DNA of 37,800 nt from a virus (Duplodnaviria > Caudoviricetes): positions 1 through 37,800 of the IMG/VR virus record IMGVR_UViG_3300043443_000231; one strand, written 5' to 3'. The position numbers were made by a program, and so were the translations under genes. Shown here one piece after another: positions 14,943-22,487 of the stretch; positions within the stretch are counted from its first letter, which is position 1; every line of letters begins with the position of its first letter. The notes beneath the pieces were generated by a model, which saw only the letters and a program-made list of their open reading frames with translations, was not told where the DNA came from and did not search any database.

Positions 14943-15690
14943 TAAGGAAGTAAGACCCTCTGTGGCCTTAATCGACGCTGACATCATTTGTTATCGTGTT
15001 GGTTTTGCCTCAGAGGATGTCGATGAAGCTCTTTGTCTTGCTCGTGTAACTGAACTACTCCATGACATTGTTTACCTTGATCTCAAGTGTGATGACTACA
15101 AAGCGTACATCACTGGTAGAGGTAACTTTAGATACGATATTGCAGTTACTGAGCCATACAAAGGGAATCGTAAAGATGCTAAGAGGCCAGTGCATTACGA
15201 AGCTATCAGGAACCATCTCCAGCGCCTTGGTGCAGAACTGGTTGAAGGACAGGAAGCTGATGATGCGGTGGCTATCGAAGCAAGTACTAACGGAGGCTGG
15301 ATTGTCTCCATTGACAAAGACCTAGATCAAGTTGAAGGTTGGCATTACAACTTCGTAAAGAAGGAAGAGTATTACATCGAAGAGTTTGAAGGACTCAAGA
15401 ACTTTTACTCTCAGATCCTCACAGGGGATCGTATTGACAACATCATTGGCTTGAAAGGCATAGGGCCAGTTAAGGCTGCAAAGATCTTAGCTGATTGTAA
15501 GACTGAACGGGAGATGTACGATGCTTGTGTTAAAGCTTATGATGGTAATATTGAACGAGTCACAGAGAACGGATCACTTTTATGGCTAAGAAGAACACCC
15601 AATCAGACTTGGTATCCACCGTTCCCAGTTACTTTGAACTCGGAGGATTCGAGTGGCGAGTCATTGGATCAGACGACCTCACAGAATTAG
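14914..15690 (+). CDS. 5'-3' exonuclease (T7 gp6-like)
   Basis: LIDAD, YKGNR, EADD, SIDKD and GDRIDNIIGLKGIG (helix-hairpin-helix) motifs. Confidence 0.93.
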   Translation: MSQRQKTASDKEVRPSVALIDADIICYRVGFASEDVDEALCLARVTELLHDIVYLDLKCDDYKAYITGRGNFRYDIAVTEPYKGNRKDAKRPVHYEAIRNHLQRLGAELVEGQEADDAVAIEASTNGGWIVSIDKDLDQVEGWHYNFVKKEEYYIEEFEGLKNFYSQILTGDRIDNIIGLKGIGPVKAAKILADCKTEREMYDACVKAYDGNIERVTENGSLLWLRRTPNQTWYPPFPVTLNSEDSSGESLDQTTSQN

Positions 15691-15881
15691 GTAAATGTGA
15701 TTGTCACTCTCAGACCATTACAATCCGTAACGGCATGAGTGAGCAGACAACACTACAAACCTTCTACCATGAGTTAGTTCACGCTATTATGTTCACAATG
15801 GGTCACATGACTCACGATGAGCAGTTCACTGACGCCTTCGGTGTCTTTCTCCACCAGTTTCACAAGACAGGTCAATGGTAA
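15582..15881 (+). CDS. Small zincin-like metallopeptidase (HEXXH)
   Basis: TFYHELVHAI...HDE motif; overlaps the exonuclease 3' end. Confidence 0.7.
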   Translation: MAKKNTQSDLVSTVPSYFELGGFEWRVIGSDDLTELGKCDCHSQTITIRNGMSEQTTLQTFYHELVHAIMFTMGHMTHDEQFTDAFGVFLHQFHKTGQW

Positions 15882-16321
15882 CTAGAAAAGTAATGTCCAA
15901 ACGAGCAGTAGCCCTAAAGCATGGATTCAGATCAGGGTTAGAGGAAGAGACTTCAAAGTTCTTGACTGATAACGGTGCTAAGTTCACGTACGAGGAAATG
16001 AAGATCAAATACCTTCAGCCTGCTACTGAGCGACAGTACACTCCTGACTTCGTGCTTGAGAATGGTATCATCATCGAGACAAAAGGTAGATTCCTAGTTG
16101 CTGATCGTAAGAAGCATTTGTTGATTAAGAGACAACATCCTCATTTAGATATTCGTTTCGTGTTCTCTAACAGTAAACAGAAACTAAATAAGACCTCAAG
16201 AACAACATACGCTGATTGGTGTATCAAGAATGGGTTCCAGTATGCAGACAAGGAAGTTCCTGTACACTGGATTAAAGAAAGACGCAGAAAGGTAAGCGAT
16301 GGAAGTAAAATTGATTCGTGA
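15875..16321 (+). CDS. Endonuclease I / Holliday junction resolvase (T7 gp3-like)
   Basis: FRSGLE, YTPDF, IIIETKGRF and LDIRFVF motifs. Confidence 0.95.
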   Translation: MVTRKVMSKRAVALKHGFRSGLEEETSKFLTDNGAKFTYEEMKIKYLQPATERQYTPDFVLENGIIIETKGRFLVADRKKHLLIKRQHPHLDIRFVFSNSKQKLNKTSRTTYADWCIKNGFQYADKEVPVHWIKERRRKVSDGSKIDS

Positions 16322-16490
16322 GAACCCTGACGGTAGTGCAGACTTTAGCTTTGACCTAAGCGACAAGGAAAAGGAAGCTCTTCTTTGTCTTGGTATCCTG
16401 ACAGGTATCAAGCGTGGTATCGAAGAAGGGAAGCTGTACATGACAGAGGAACAACAACAACATGGCGACGAAGATAGTAGTACACTATAA
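16299..16490 (+). CDS. Hypothetical protein (ENPDGSA motif)
   Basis: AAGG RBS. Confidence 0.7.
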   Translation: MEVKLIRENPDGSADFSFDLSDKEKEALLCLGILTGIKRGIEEGKLYMTEEQQQHGDEDSSTL

Positions 16491-16671
16491 GCCTCCACCG
16501 TTCAAGCCTGATTGGATGGATGGTTGTCTTAAACTGTACGTGGTAGATCATCCTAGACTTGGGTGTAGGCTGATTACAACGACGAAGGTGGTTAAAGAGT
16601 ATCCTAACGGAGTCTTTGAGACAGAGTATGCTGTTTACCACCCGATTGATGGAGACTTCAATGACACTTGA
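16462..16671 (+). CDS. Hypothetical protein (VVDHPRLG...FET)
   Basis: GAGG RBS. Confidence 0.7.
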   Translation: MATKIVVHYKPPPFKPDWMDGCLKLYVVDHPRLGCRLITTTKVVKEYPNGVFETEYAVYHPIDGDFNDT

Positions 16672-17005
16672 CGAATACTTTCATGAAATAAATAAGGAGA
16701 AACAAGATATGGCTATTTTTGATGATTGGATGGAAGAGGAGCCTATGACCAAGGTTTATTTTTCAATCACTACACCTGCGGTAGAACAGTATCCTGAGCA
16801 TACTCATACCTTGGATATTGCTTGGACAGACGGTGCTCGTTGGTATGACATTCTGTGGGAGATCATGGGTGTCTTGGAGGCTTCTTACGGCTACGACATC
16901 AAAGAGAAAGTGTTCTTTAAGATGCATGAGTTTAACATTGAGGCTGAAGAAACACACGGTAATCCTGACATAGTTAAACAAATGTTCACTAAGGATTTGA
17001 GCTAA
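16661..17005 (+). CDS. Acidic hypothetical protein
   Basis: In-frame ATGs with SD at 16661, 16709 and 16745. Confidence 0.65.
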   Translation: MTLDEYFHEINKEKQDMAIFDDWMEEEPMTKVYFSITTPAVEQYPEHTHTLDIAWTDGARWYDILWEIMGVLEASYGYDIKEKVFFKMHEFNIEAEETHGNPDIVKQMFTKDLS

Positions 17006-17006
17006 C

Positions 17007-17780
17007 ATGAGGATCTTAGTAATCCCCGATACTCAGGTCAAGGAAGGTATTCCAATGGAGCACCTTACTTGGGCTGGTAAAGCTATCTGTGAGTACAAGC
17101 CTGATGTAGTTGTTCACTTGGGCGACCATGCTGACATGCCTAGCCTATCTAGTCACGATGTTAAAGGTAGTAAATACTTTGAAGGTTTACGCTACCAGAA
17201 AGACATCGAGGCAGCTAAGTTGGGTATGTCTATGCTGCTACAGCCTCTTCGTGACCTCCAGAAGACACAGAAAGACACCAAACACAAGGTCTACAAGCCT
17301 CGTATGGTGTTGACACTCGGTAACCATGAGAACCGTATCGACAGGGCTGTTAACAATAATCCTATGCTTGAAGGCTTAATCTCTATTGAGGACTTGGAAT
17401 ATGACAAAGACTGGGAAGTTCATGCTTTTCTCCATCCAGTATTTATCAATGGCGTTGGCTTCAATCATTATTGGCCTGTTGGGGCTATGGGACGTCCTGC
17501 TGCTTCCCCTGCTGCTATTATCTCTAAGCTTCATATGTCTTGCGTGGCTGGACACCAGCAAGGAAAACAGGTGGCTTATGGTAAACGTGCTGACGGGAAG
17601 CCTATCACTGCTATCGTTGTTGGTAGTTATTACCTTCACGATGAGTCTTACATGGATCAGCTCTCCAACCGTCATTGGAGGGGTTTGCTTGTGATGAACG
17701 AGGTAGCTGACGGACACTTTGATGAGATGTTCCTGTCGATTGAATACCTAAGCAGGAAATACGCAAATGAGAGCGTCTGA
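17007..17780 (+). CDS. Calcineurin-like metallophosphoesterase
   Basis: PDTQ, GDHAD, GNHE and GHQQ motifs. Confidence 0.9.
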   Translation: MRILVIPDTQVKEGIPMEHLTWAGKAICEYKPDVVVHLGDHADMPSLSSHDVKGSKYFEGLRYQKDIEAAKLGMSMLLQPLRDLQKTQKDTKHKVYKPRMVLTLGNHENRIDRAVNNNPMLEGLISIEDLEYDKDWEVHAFLHPVFINGVGFNHYWPVGAMGRPAASPAAIISKLHMSCVAGHQQGKQVAYGKRADGKPITAIVVGSYYLHDESYMDQLSNRHWRGLLVMNEVADGHFDEMFLSIEYLSRKYANESV

Positions 17781-18180
17781 CGTGAATAGGATAATTAATC
17801 AAATCGAGAAAAACATCATGATGGACAAACCACTGCCGCAGACGCTAAAACTATCAGTTGAGGAATATATGCAAACTTTAGGATTACCTGAGCAGGGACT
17901 AAACGGAACAACCTCTGAGGACTTGTACAACGTAATAAGTAAACCAAAGCATTATATGCTCTTCGAGGAGGAAGGTATTGAAGTTCGGGATGTGATTGCT
18001 AAATTAGTACAAAAGCTGTACAGACATTCAGGGGCCATGTTTGAAGACAAAGAAAACCCCTTGTTTGAGTCAGATTATGTACAACTTATGCAGTACTTAA
18101 TGAGGTTCATGGACAAAAATGGTGTAGAAGACCTCAAAAAAGCCCGTTGGTATCTTGACAAAATGATCGAATCGTACTAG
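17767..18180 (+). CDS. DUF3310 / T7 gp1.7-like (nucleotide kinase-like) protein
   Basis: KPKHY...IEVRD...KNGVEDLKKARWYL motifs. Confidence 0.75.
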   Translation: MRASDVNRIINQIEKNIMMDKPLPQTLKLSVEEYMQTLGLPEQGLNGTTSEDLYNVISKPKHYMLFEEEGIEVRDVIAKLVQKLYRHSGAMFEDKENPLFESDYVQLMQYLMRFMDKNGVEDLKKARWYLDKMIESY

Positions 18181-18183
18181 AAT
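18155..18183 (+). promoter_or_regulatory. Sigma70 promoter for the RNR gene
   Basis: TTGACA (18155-60), 17 nt, TAGAAT (18178-83). Confidence 0.75.
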
Positions 18184-18225
18184 ACGTGCCCTTCAAAATT
18201 TAACAACAACAAGGACAATCAAACA

Positions 18226-20145
18226 ATGAAAAAGGTTGAAAACCGTATGACCCCCTACCAGACCTATATTGCCAAGTCACGCTACAGCCGTTATTTGGAC
18301 GATAAAGGCCGTCGTGAGCACTGGAATGAGACAGTGGCTCGTTACTTTGACTTCATGGAAAAGCACCTGAAGAAGAATAACAACTATGAATTGACACCTG
18401 AGCTGCGTAACCGCCTTGAGACAGCTGTGGCTAACTTGGATGTAATGCCCTCCATGCGATCAATTATGACTGCTGGTGAGGCTCTAGAGCGCCAGAACAT
18501 CGCTGGTTACAACTGTAGCTATCTCCCTATTGACGACCCCAAAGCCTTCGATGAGGCTATGTATATCCTCCTGTGTGGTACAGGTGTAGGCTTTAGCGTG
18601 GAGCAGAAATATGTCAACAAACTCCCTGAGATTCCTGAAAAGCTTTATGAGTCTAATACTGTGGTTCACGTTAAAGACTCCAAAGAAGGATGGGCAAAGG
18701 CCCTACGACAAGTTCTTGCTCTCCTATGGGCAGGTGAAGTACCAAAATGGGACGTATCTGCTGTTAGACCTGCAGGTACTCGACTCAAAACTTTCGGTGG
18801 CAGAGCTTCAGGCCCTGAGCCGTTGGTTGACTTATTTAAGTACGTTGTCACCAAATTTAAGAGCGCACAGGGACGAAAACTTACTAGCTTGGAAGCTCAC
18901 GACATCCTCTGCAAGATTGGTGAAGTTGTTGTGGTCGGTGGAGTGCGTAGATCGGCTATGATCTCTCTGTCTGACTTGGGTGATGACCGTATGGCTCACG
19001 CTAAGGCAGGTAATTGGTGGGACGGTCAAGGCCAACGAGCATTGGCTAACAACTCAGCGGTCTACGAGGTTAAGCCCGATGTAGGTCAGTTTATGCGTGA
19101 ATGGAGCAATATCTATGAAAGTCATTCAGGGGAGCGTGGAATCTTTAACCGCTATGCTTCGGAACTTCAGGCGGCTAAGAATGGTCGTCGTGTACTCGAT
19201 AAAGAATGGGGCACTAACCCTTGTAGTGAAATTATCCTCCGTCCTTACCAATTCTGCAACCTCTCTTCAGTTATTGTTCGTGCGGATGATGATGTGGAGT
19301 CTCTTAAAGAAAAAGTCGCTATTGCGACAATCTTGGGAACCTTCCAATCGACGATGACCAACTTCCCATATCTTCGTAAGATTTGGCAGACTAACACTGA
19401 AGATGAACGCTTGTTGGGTGTTTCAATGACAGGTATCTTGGATAACCCGCTGTTGAACTCAGCTAACGACCTTGACTTACCTAAACGCTTGGAGGAACTC
19501 CGTGATGTTGCTATTTCTACAAATGCTGAGTTTGCTTCTTCTTTGGGTATTCCTGTCAGCGCTGCTATTACTTGTGTTAAACCAGAAGGCACTGTCTCTC
19601 AGCTCACTGGCACTGCTTCTGGCATCCATCCTCAGCATAGTGCTTATTTTATTCGTCGTGTAAGGTCTGACAATAAAGATCCCTTGACTACATTTCTGAA
19701 GAACTCAGGGTTTCCGTCTGAGCCTTGCGTTATGAAGCCTGACTCTACGACAGTGTTTTCTTTCCCAATGAAGGTTGAGAAAGGCGCAGTGTTGCGGGAA
19801 GACTTGACAGCTATTGAGCATTTGCGTCTATGGTTGATTTTCCAACGTCATTGGTGTGAGCATAAGCCATCGGTGACTATCTCTGTTAACGAGAATGAGT
19901 GGCCTGCTGTGGGCGCTTGGACATGGGAGCATTTTGATGAGGTTACTGGCGTATCGTTCTTGCCTATGGATGGCGGTACGTATCGACAAGCTCCCTATGA
20001 GTCTATCGACGAGGCAACGTACCATAAACTTCTTGTGGAAATGCCTTCATCTATTGATTGGGAAGCGATGAGCGAGAACACAGACAATGTGGAAGGTGCT
20101 CAGACCCTTGCTTGCGTTGCTGGCGCTTGTGAAATTGCCTTCTAA
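18226..20145 (+). CDS. nrdJ: Class II adenosylcobalamin-dependent ribonucleotide reductase (monomeric RTPR type)
   Basis: YNCS, GGVRRSA, TNPCSEI, FCNL, TCVKPEGTVSQL and C-terminal CVAGAC; no nrdB small subunit in the genome. Confidence 0.9.
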   Translation: MKKVENRMTPYQTYIAKSRYSRYLDDKGRREHWNETVARYFDFMEKHLKKNNNYELTPELRNRLETAVANLDVMPSMRSIMTAGEALERQNIAGYNCSYLPIDDPKAFDEAMYILLCGTGVGFSVEQKYVNKLPEIPEKLYESNTVVHVKDSKEGWAKALRQVLALLWAGEVPKWDVSAVRPAGTRLKTFGGRASGPEPLVDLFKYVVTKFKSAQGRKLTSLEAHDILCKIGEVVVVGGVRRSAMISLSDLGDDRMAHAKAGNWWDGQGQRALANNSAVYEVKPDVGQFMREWSNIYESHSGERGIFNRYASELQAAKNGRRVLDKEWGTNPCSEIILRPYQFCNLSSVIVRADDDVESLKEKVAIATILGTFQSTMTNFPYLRKIWQTNTEDERLLGVSMTGILDNPLLNSANDLDLPKRLEELRDVAISTNAEFASSLGIPVSAAITCVKPEGTVSQLTGTASGIHPQHSAYFIRRVRSDNKDPLTTFLKNSGFPSEPCVMKPDSTTVFSFPMKVEKGAVLREDLTAIEHLRLWLIFQRHWCEHKPSVTISVNENEWPAVGAWTWEHFDEVTGVSFLPMDGGTYRQAPYESIDEATYHKLLVEMPSSIDWEAMSENTDNVEGAQTLACVAGACEIAF

Positions 20146-20149
20146 GGTA

Positions 20150-20221
20150 ATGATCCTTATGCGGGTGATCGAGATGGTCACCTGCTTCCACATTATTGCT
20201 AACACATGGAGGCATTGGTAA
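20150..20221 (+). CDS. 23-aa peptide MILMRVIEMVTCFHIIANTWRHW
   Basis: Manual translation; TAAGGT RBS; fills the gap after nrdJ. Confidence 0.45.
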   Translation: MILMRVIEMVTCFHIIANTWRHW

Positions 20222-20222
20222 A

Positions 20223-20384
20223 ATGATAGTAGACTTTAGCTGGTCAGGTGGTCTAGTCTTTGGCTTGAATCACACTGAGGAGGCTGTTGTAGAGACTGAT
20301 GAAGATGTGTATGAATTCGCTAACGCAGTTCTTCTACATCTAGGATTCTTTACAATAGCGTTTATCTTTGTAATAGGAGATTAG
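20223..20384 (+). CDS. Hypothetical protein with acidic core and hydrophobic C-terminus
   Basis: GGAGG RBS before ATG 20223. Confidence 0.65.
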   Translation: MIVDFSWSGGLVFGLNHTEEAVVETDEDVYEFANAVLLHLGFFTIAFIFVIGD

Positions 20385-20389
20385 AAACT

Positions 20390-20422
20390 AAAAAGCCCAC
20401 CTTTTGAGTGGGCTTCTTTTTT
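20390..20422. terminator. Bidirectional rho-independent terminator between the two arms
   Basis: AAGCCCAC, 7-nt loop, GTGGGCTT; A-tract on the left, T-tract on the right. Confidence 0.9.
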
Positions 20423-20438
20423 GTATCTAGCTTATTGT

Positions 20439-20891
20439 TTAAGCTTTTTTGTACTCTTCTTCAGTCAGGATACCTGCTTTATACTTGTTATCAGGCTTGA
20501 AGATAGTCAGTTCTTGTTGACGCATAGCAGGGTCAAAGCTAATGTGCATCCAACGACCAAACTCATGGATCATCTGGTCAAACTTGATACCTGCCTTCTT
20601 GACTTCCTGACACAGTTGGTAAGGAGTCAGTTTAGAGCTAGAGACATCAATAGCCCAACCATCCATGTGAGAGGACTTAGCAGAGCCTCCAACAGCGATG
20701 TTAACAGCTGGTAGACGTAGCCAAGAGTTAATGCGTAGAGGGCCTGTAACAGCTCTCAGTTGCTCTAGCTTCTGTGCTGCTGTCTTCATGTTCTCCAGTT
20801 GGAGTGTAGAAGGTTGGTTATCAATACCGTTACGGATAGCTGTCTCAGAGTAAGTAGCTTCCTCCAAGGTAAAGTGTTCGCTTAGGTTCAT
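20439..20891 (-). CDS. Endolysin, peptidase M15 family
   Basis: INSWLR...SSHMDGWAID...WMHIS zinc peptidase motifs. Confidence 0.88.
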   Translation of the reverse strand: MNLSEHFTLEEATYSETAIRNGIDNQPSTLQLENMKTAAQKLEQLRAVTGPLRINSWLRLPAVNIAVGGSAKSSHMDGWAIDVSSSKLTPYQLCQEVKKAGIKFDQMIHEFGRWMHISFDPAMRQQELTIFKPDNKYKAGILTEEEYKKA

Positions 20892-21340
20892 TTATTCTTT
20901 CCTCCCATGATTTTCTCTGCTGTACGACCACCGAAGTAGGCCAACATAATTAACTGTCCCCACTCACCTAATAGCTTGACATAAGATTCGTTCACATTGA
21001 TGCTAAAAGCTGACATCATTGCAAACAAGAAATAAGCACCCAATATAGCCACAAGGGTCATAGGTCGGATGTTCTTAGACAACCAAGAATCAGAAGACAT
21101 ATCAGCCTTCCAACGATCAGTTACGTTCTGTTGCTCGACCTCAAAGGCCTTGGTGTCTATTTCCTTGAGCTTCAGAGCAAGTTCAGGGTTAGACTCAAGG
21201 GCCTTAGTGACCTCAGAGACTGAAGCAGGGACACCTAGCTTATCAGCTATAGCTTTGACAGCCATGCCTCCTAGAGGGCCTCCTACGGCTGTTGCAAGGG
21301 CTGGAGCAGCTCCTTTGAGGATATTAAGAAGGCTGTCCAT
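20888..21340 (-). CDS. Holin-like protein (GTA 3TM holin-like)
   Basis: APALATAVGGPLGG; DMSSDSWLSKNIRP; YFGGRT; TM segments; adjacent to the endolysin. Confidence 0.75.
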   Translation of the reverse strand: MDSLLNILKGAAPALATAVGGPLGGMAVKAIADKLGVPASVSEVTKALESNPELALKLKEIDTKAFEVEQQNVTDRWKADMSSDSWLSKNIRPMTLVAILGAYFLFAMMSAFSINVNESYVKLLGEWGQLIMLAYFGGRTAEKIMGGKNK

Positions 21341-21623
21341 CGTTATTCTTTACTTCAGGTGGATTAGCACCCTTACGACCGGAGATAGCACCCATAGCAC
21401 CTACGCCCATGAAGGCAATAGCTTTGAGGATCTCAAGGAATACAGCATCAATAGGGGCTAGTTCACCTGTTTGCTCTTCAAAGCCGATGAGCCACAAGAC
21501 ACCAAAGGCAATAACCAACACCATCACTGTGATTGAACGAACAACAAAAGACCAAGTTCTGATCTCAATCTCGTCCGCTGTCATCGGTGGTTTGTCCATC
21601 CATTTTTGAATTAGTTCTTTCAT
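21324..21623 (-). CDS. Two-TM membrane protein in the lysis region
   Basis: Two hydrophobic helices. Confidence 0.65.
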   Translation of the reverse strand: MKELIQKWMDKPPMTADEIEIRTWSFVVRSITVMVLVIAFGVLWLIGFEEQTGELAPIDAVFLEILKAIAFMGVGAMGAISGRKGANPPEVKNNDGQPS

Positions 21624-21801
21624 GGTACTTCTTTTTCTCCCTTTGTTCTAGTTGTTGAAGTGTTTTGTCTATCCTAGCGTTTAAGACTAGGTTATCTATG
21701 TAGATGAATGCTGTGACTGGTAATGCGATGAAGCTAACTGAGGCAAAGAAGACCATTCCCCAAAAGTAGATCTTTGCATCGTAGTTCGATATATTTGCCA
21801 T
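21565..21801 (-). CDS. N-terminal TM plus coiled-coil protein
   Basis: MANISNYDAKIYFWGMVFF...; overlaps both neighbours. Confidence 0.55.
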   Translation of the reverse strand: MANISNYDAKIYFWGMVFFASVSFIALPVTAFIYIDNLVLNARIDKTLQQLEQREKKKYHERTNSKMDGQTTDDSGRD

Positions 21802-22484
21802 GAGGATAACCAGAAAATAATTATTAGACCTAAGATTACCCAATGAGGAACACAGCGGTCAACACGATCATTATCAGCCTTGATCTTGTCTATCCTACGT
21901 TGCTTCTCGTTCCTTCTATCACGTTCCCTTGTCTTCTTTTGTTCGTCTAAGATCTTAGAGTACATTGACTTATAGCGGCTGTACAGAGGCCCTAGCTGTG
22001 GAGGAGCTTCGTTCATAAGCTCTACTAATTCCCTACCACACTTGACTAGCTTTGTCTCAATCGAGATAAGCTCCAAGGCCCCAATGTTATTGTCTCCATA
22101 CGAAGAACTAAACACCTTACGCTCTAAGTCTTCCTTGTAAGCTACCAAATAAGCCTGAGCCTTGAAGAAGTCCCCTACATGCTTGATGAACTGATCTACA
22201 ATTGCATCCTCATCAGGGATGTACTCTACGTACTCATCCTTCTTTACTTTTGTTTCTGCTGACTTAGCTGGTACGCTCTCAACGCTAGGCTTGGTTTCTT
22301 CACCGCCAAATAATCCTTTAATCCAACCAAAGAAGCCAGAAACGTCTTTGACGATAGCCTTGGCATCTTCTACACCCTTCTTAATCCTTTGGATCTCTGC
22401 TTTGCCTTCGTTAAGCATCTCGCAACAAGAGCGTATGCCCTTGAGCGCACTGCCAAGCATGAGCATTGCAGAGATTGGATCAAT
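21696..22484 (-). CDS. Coiled-coil protein with C-terminal TM; probable AUU start at 22484 (or ATG 22466)
   Basis: GAGGAG, 6 nt, ATT GAT CCA ATC in frame with the 256-aa ORF. Confidence 0.7.
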   Translation of the reverse strand: MDPISAMLMLGSALKGIRSCCEMLNEGKAEIQRIKKGVEDAKAIVKDVSGFFGWIKGLFGGEETKPSVESVPAKSAETKVKKDEYVEYIPDEDAIVDQFIKHVGDFFKAQAYLVAYKEDLERKVFSSSYGDNNIGALELISIETKLVKCGRELVELMNEAPPQLGPLYSRYKSMYSKILDEQKKTRERDRRNEKQRRIDKIKADNDRVDRCVPHWVILGLIIIFWLSSWQIYRTTMQRSTFGEWSSLPQLASSHYQSQHSST

Positions 22485-22487
22485 AGC

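Noticed and set aside
12494-20145. Introns or inteins in pol or nrdJ (also checked helicase and terL)
   Set aside because: All ORFs are continuous and of normal or compact length with no intein motifs
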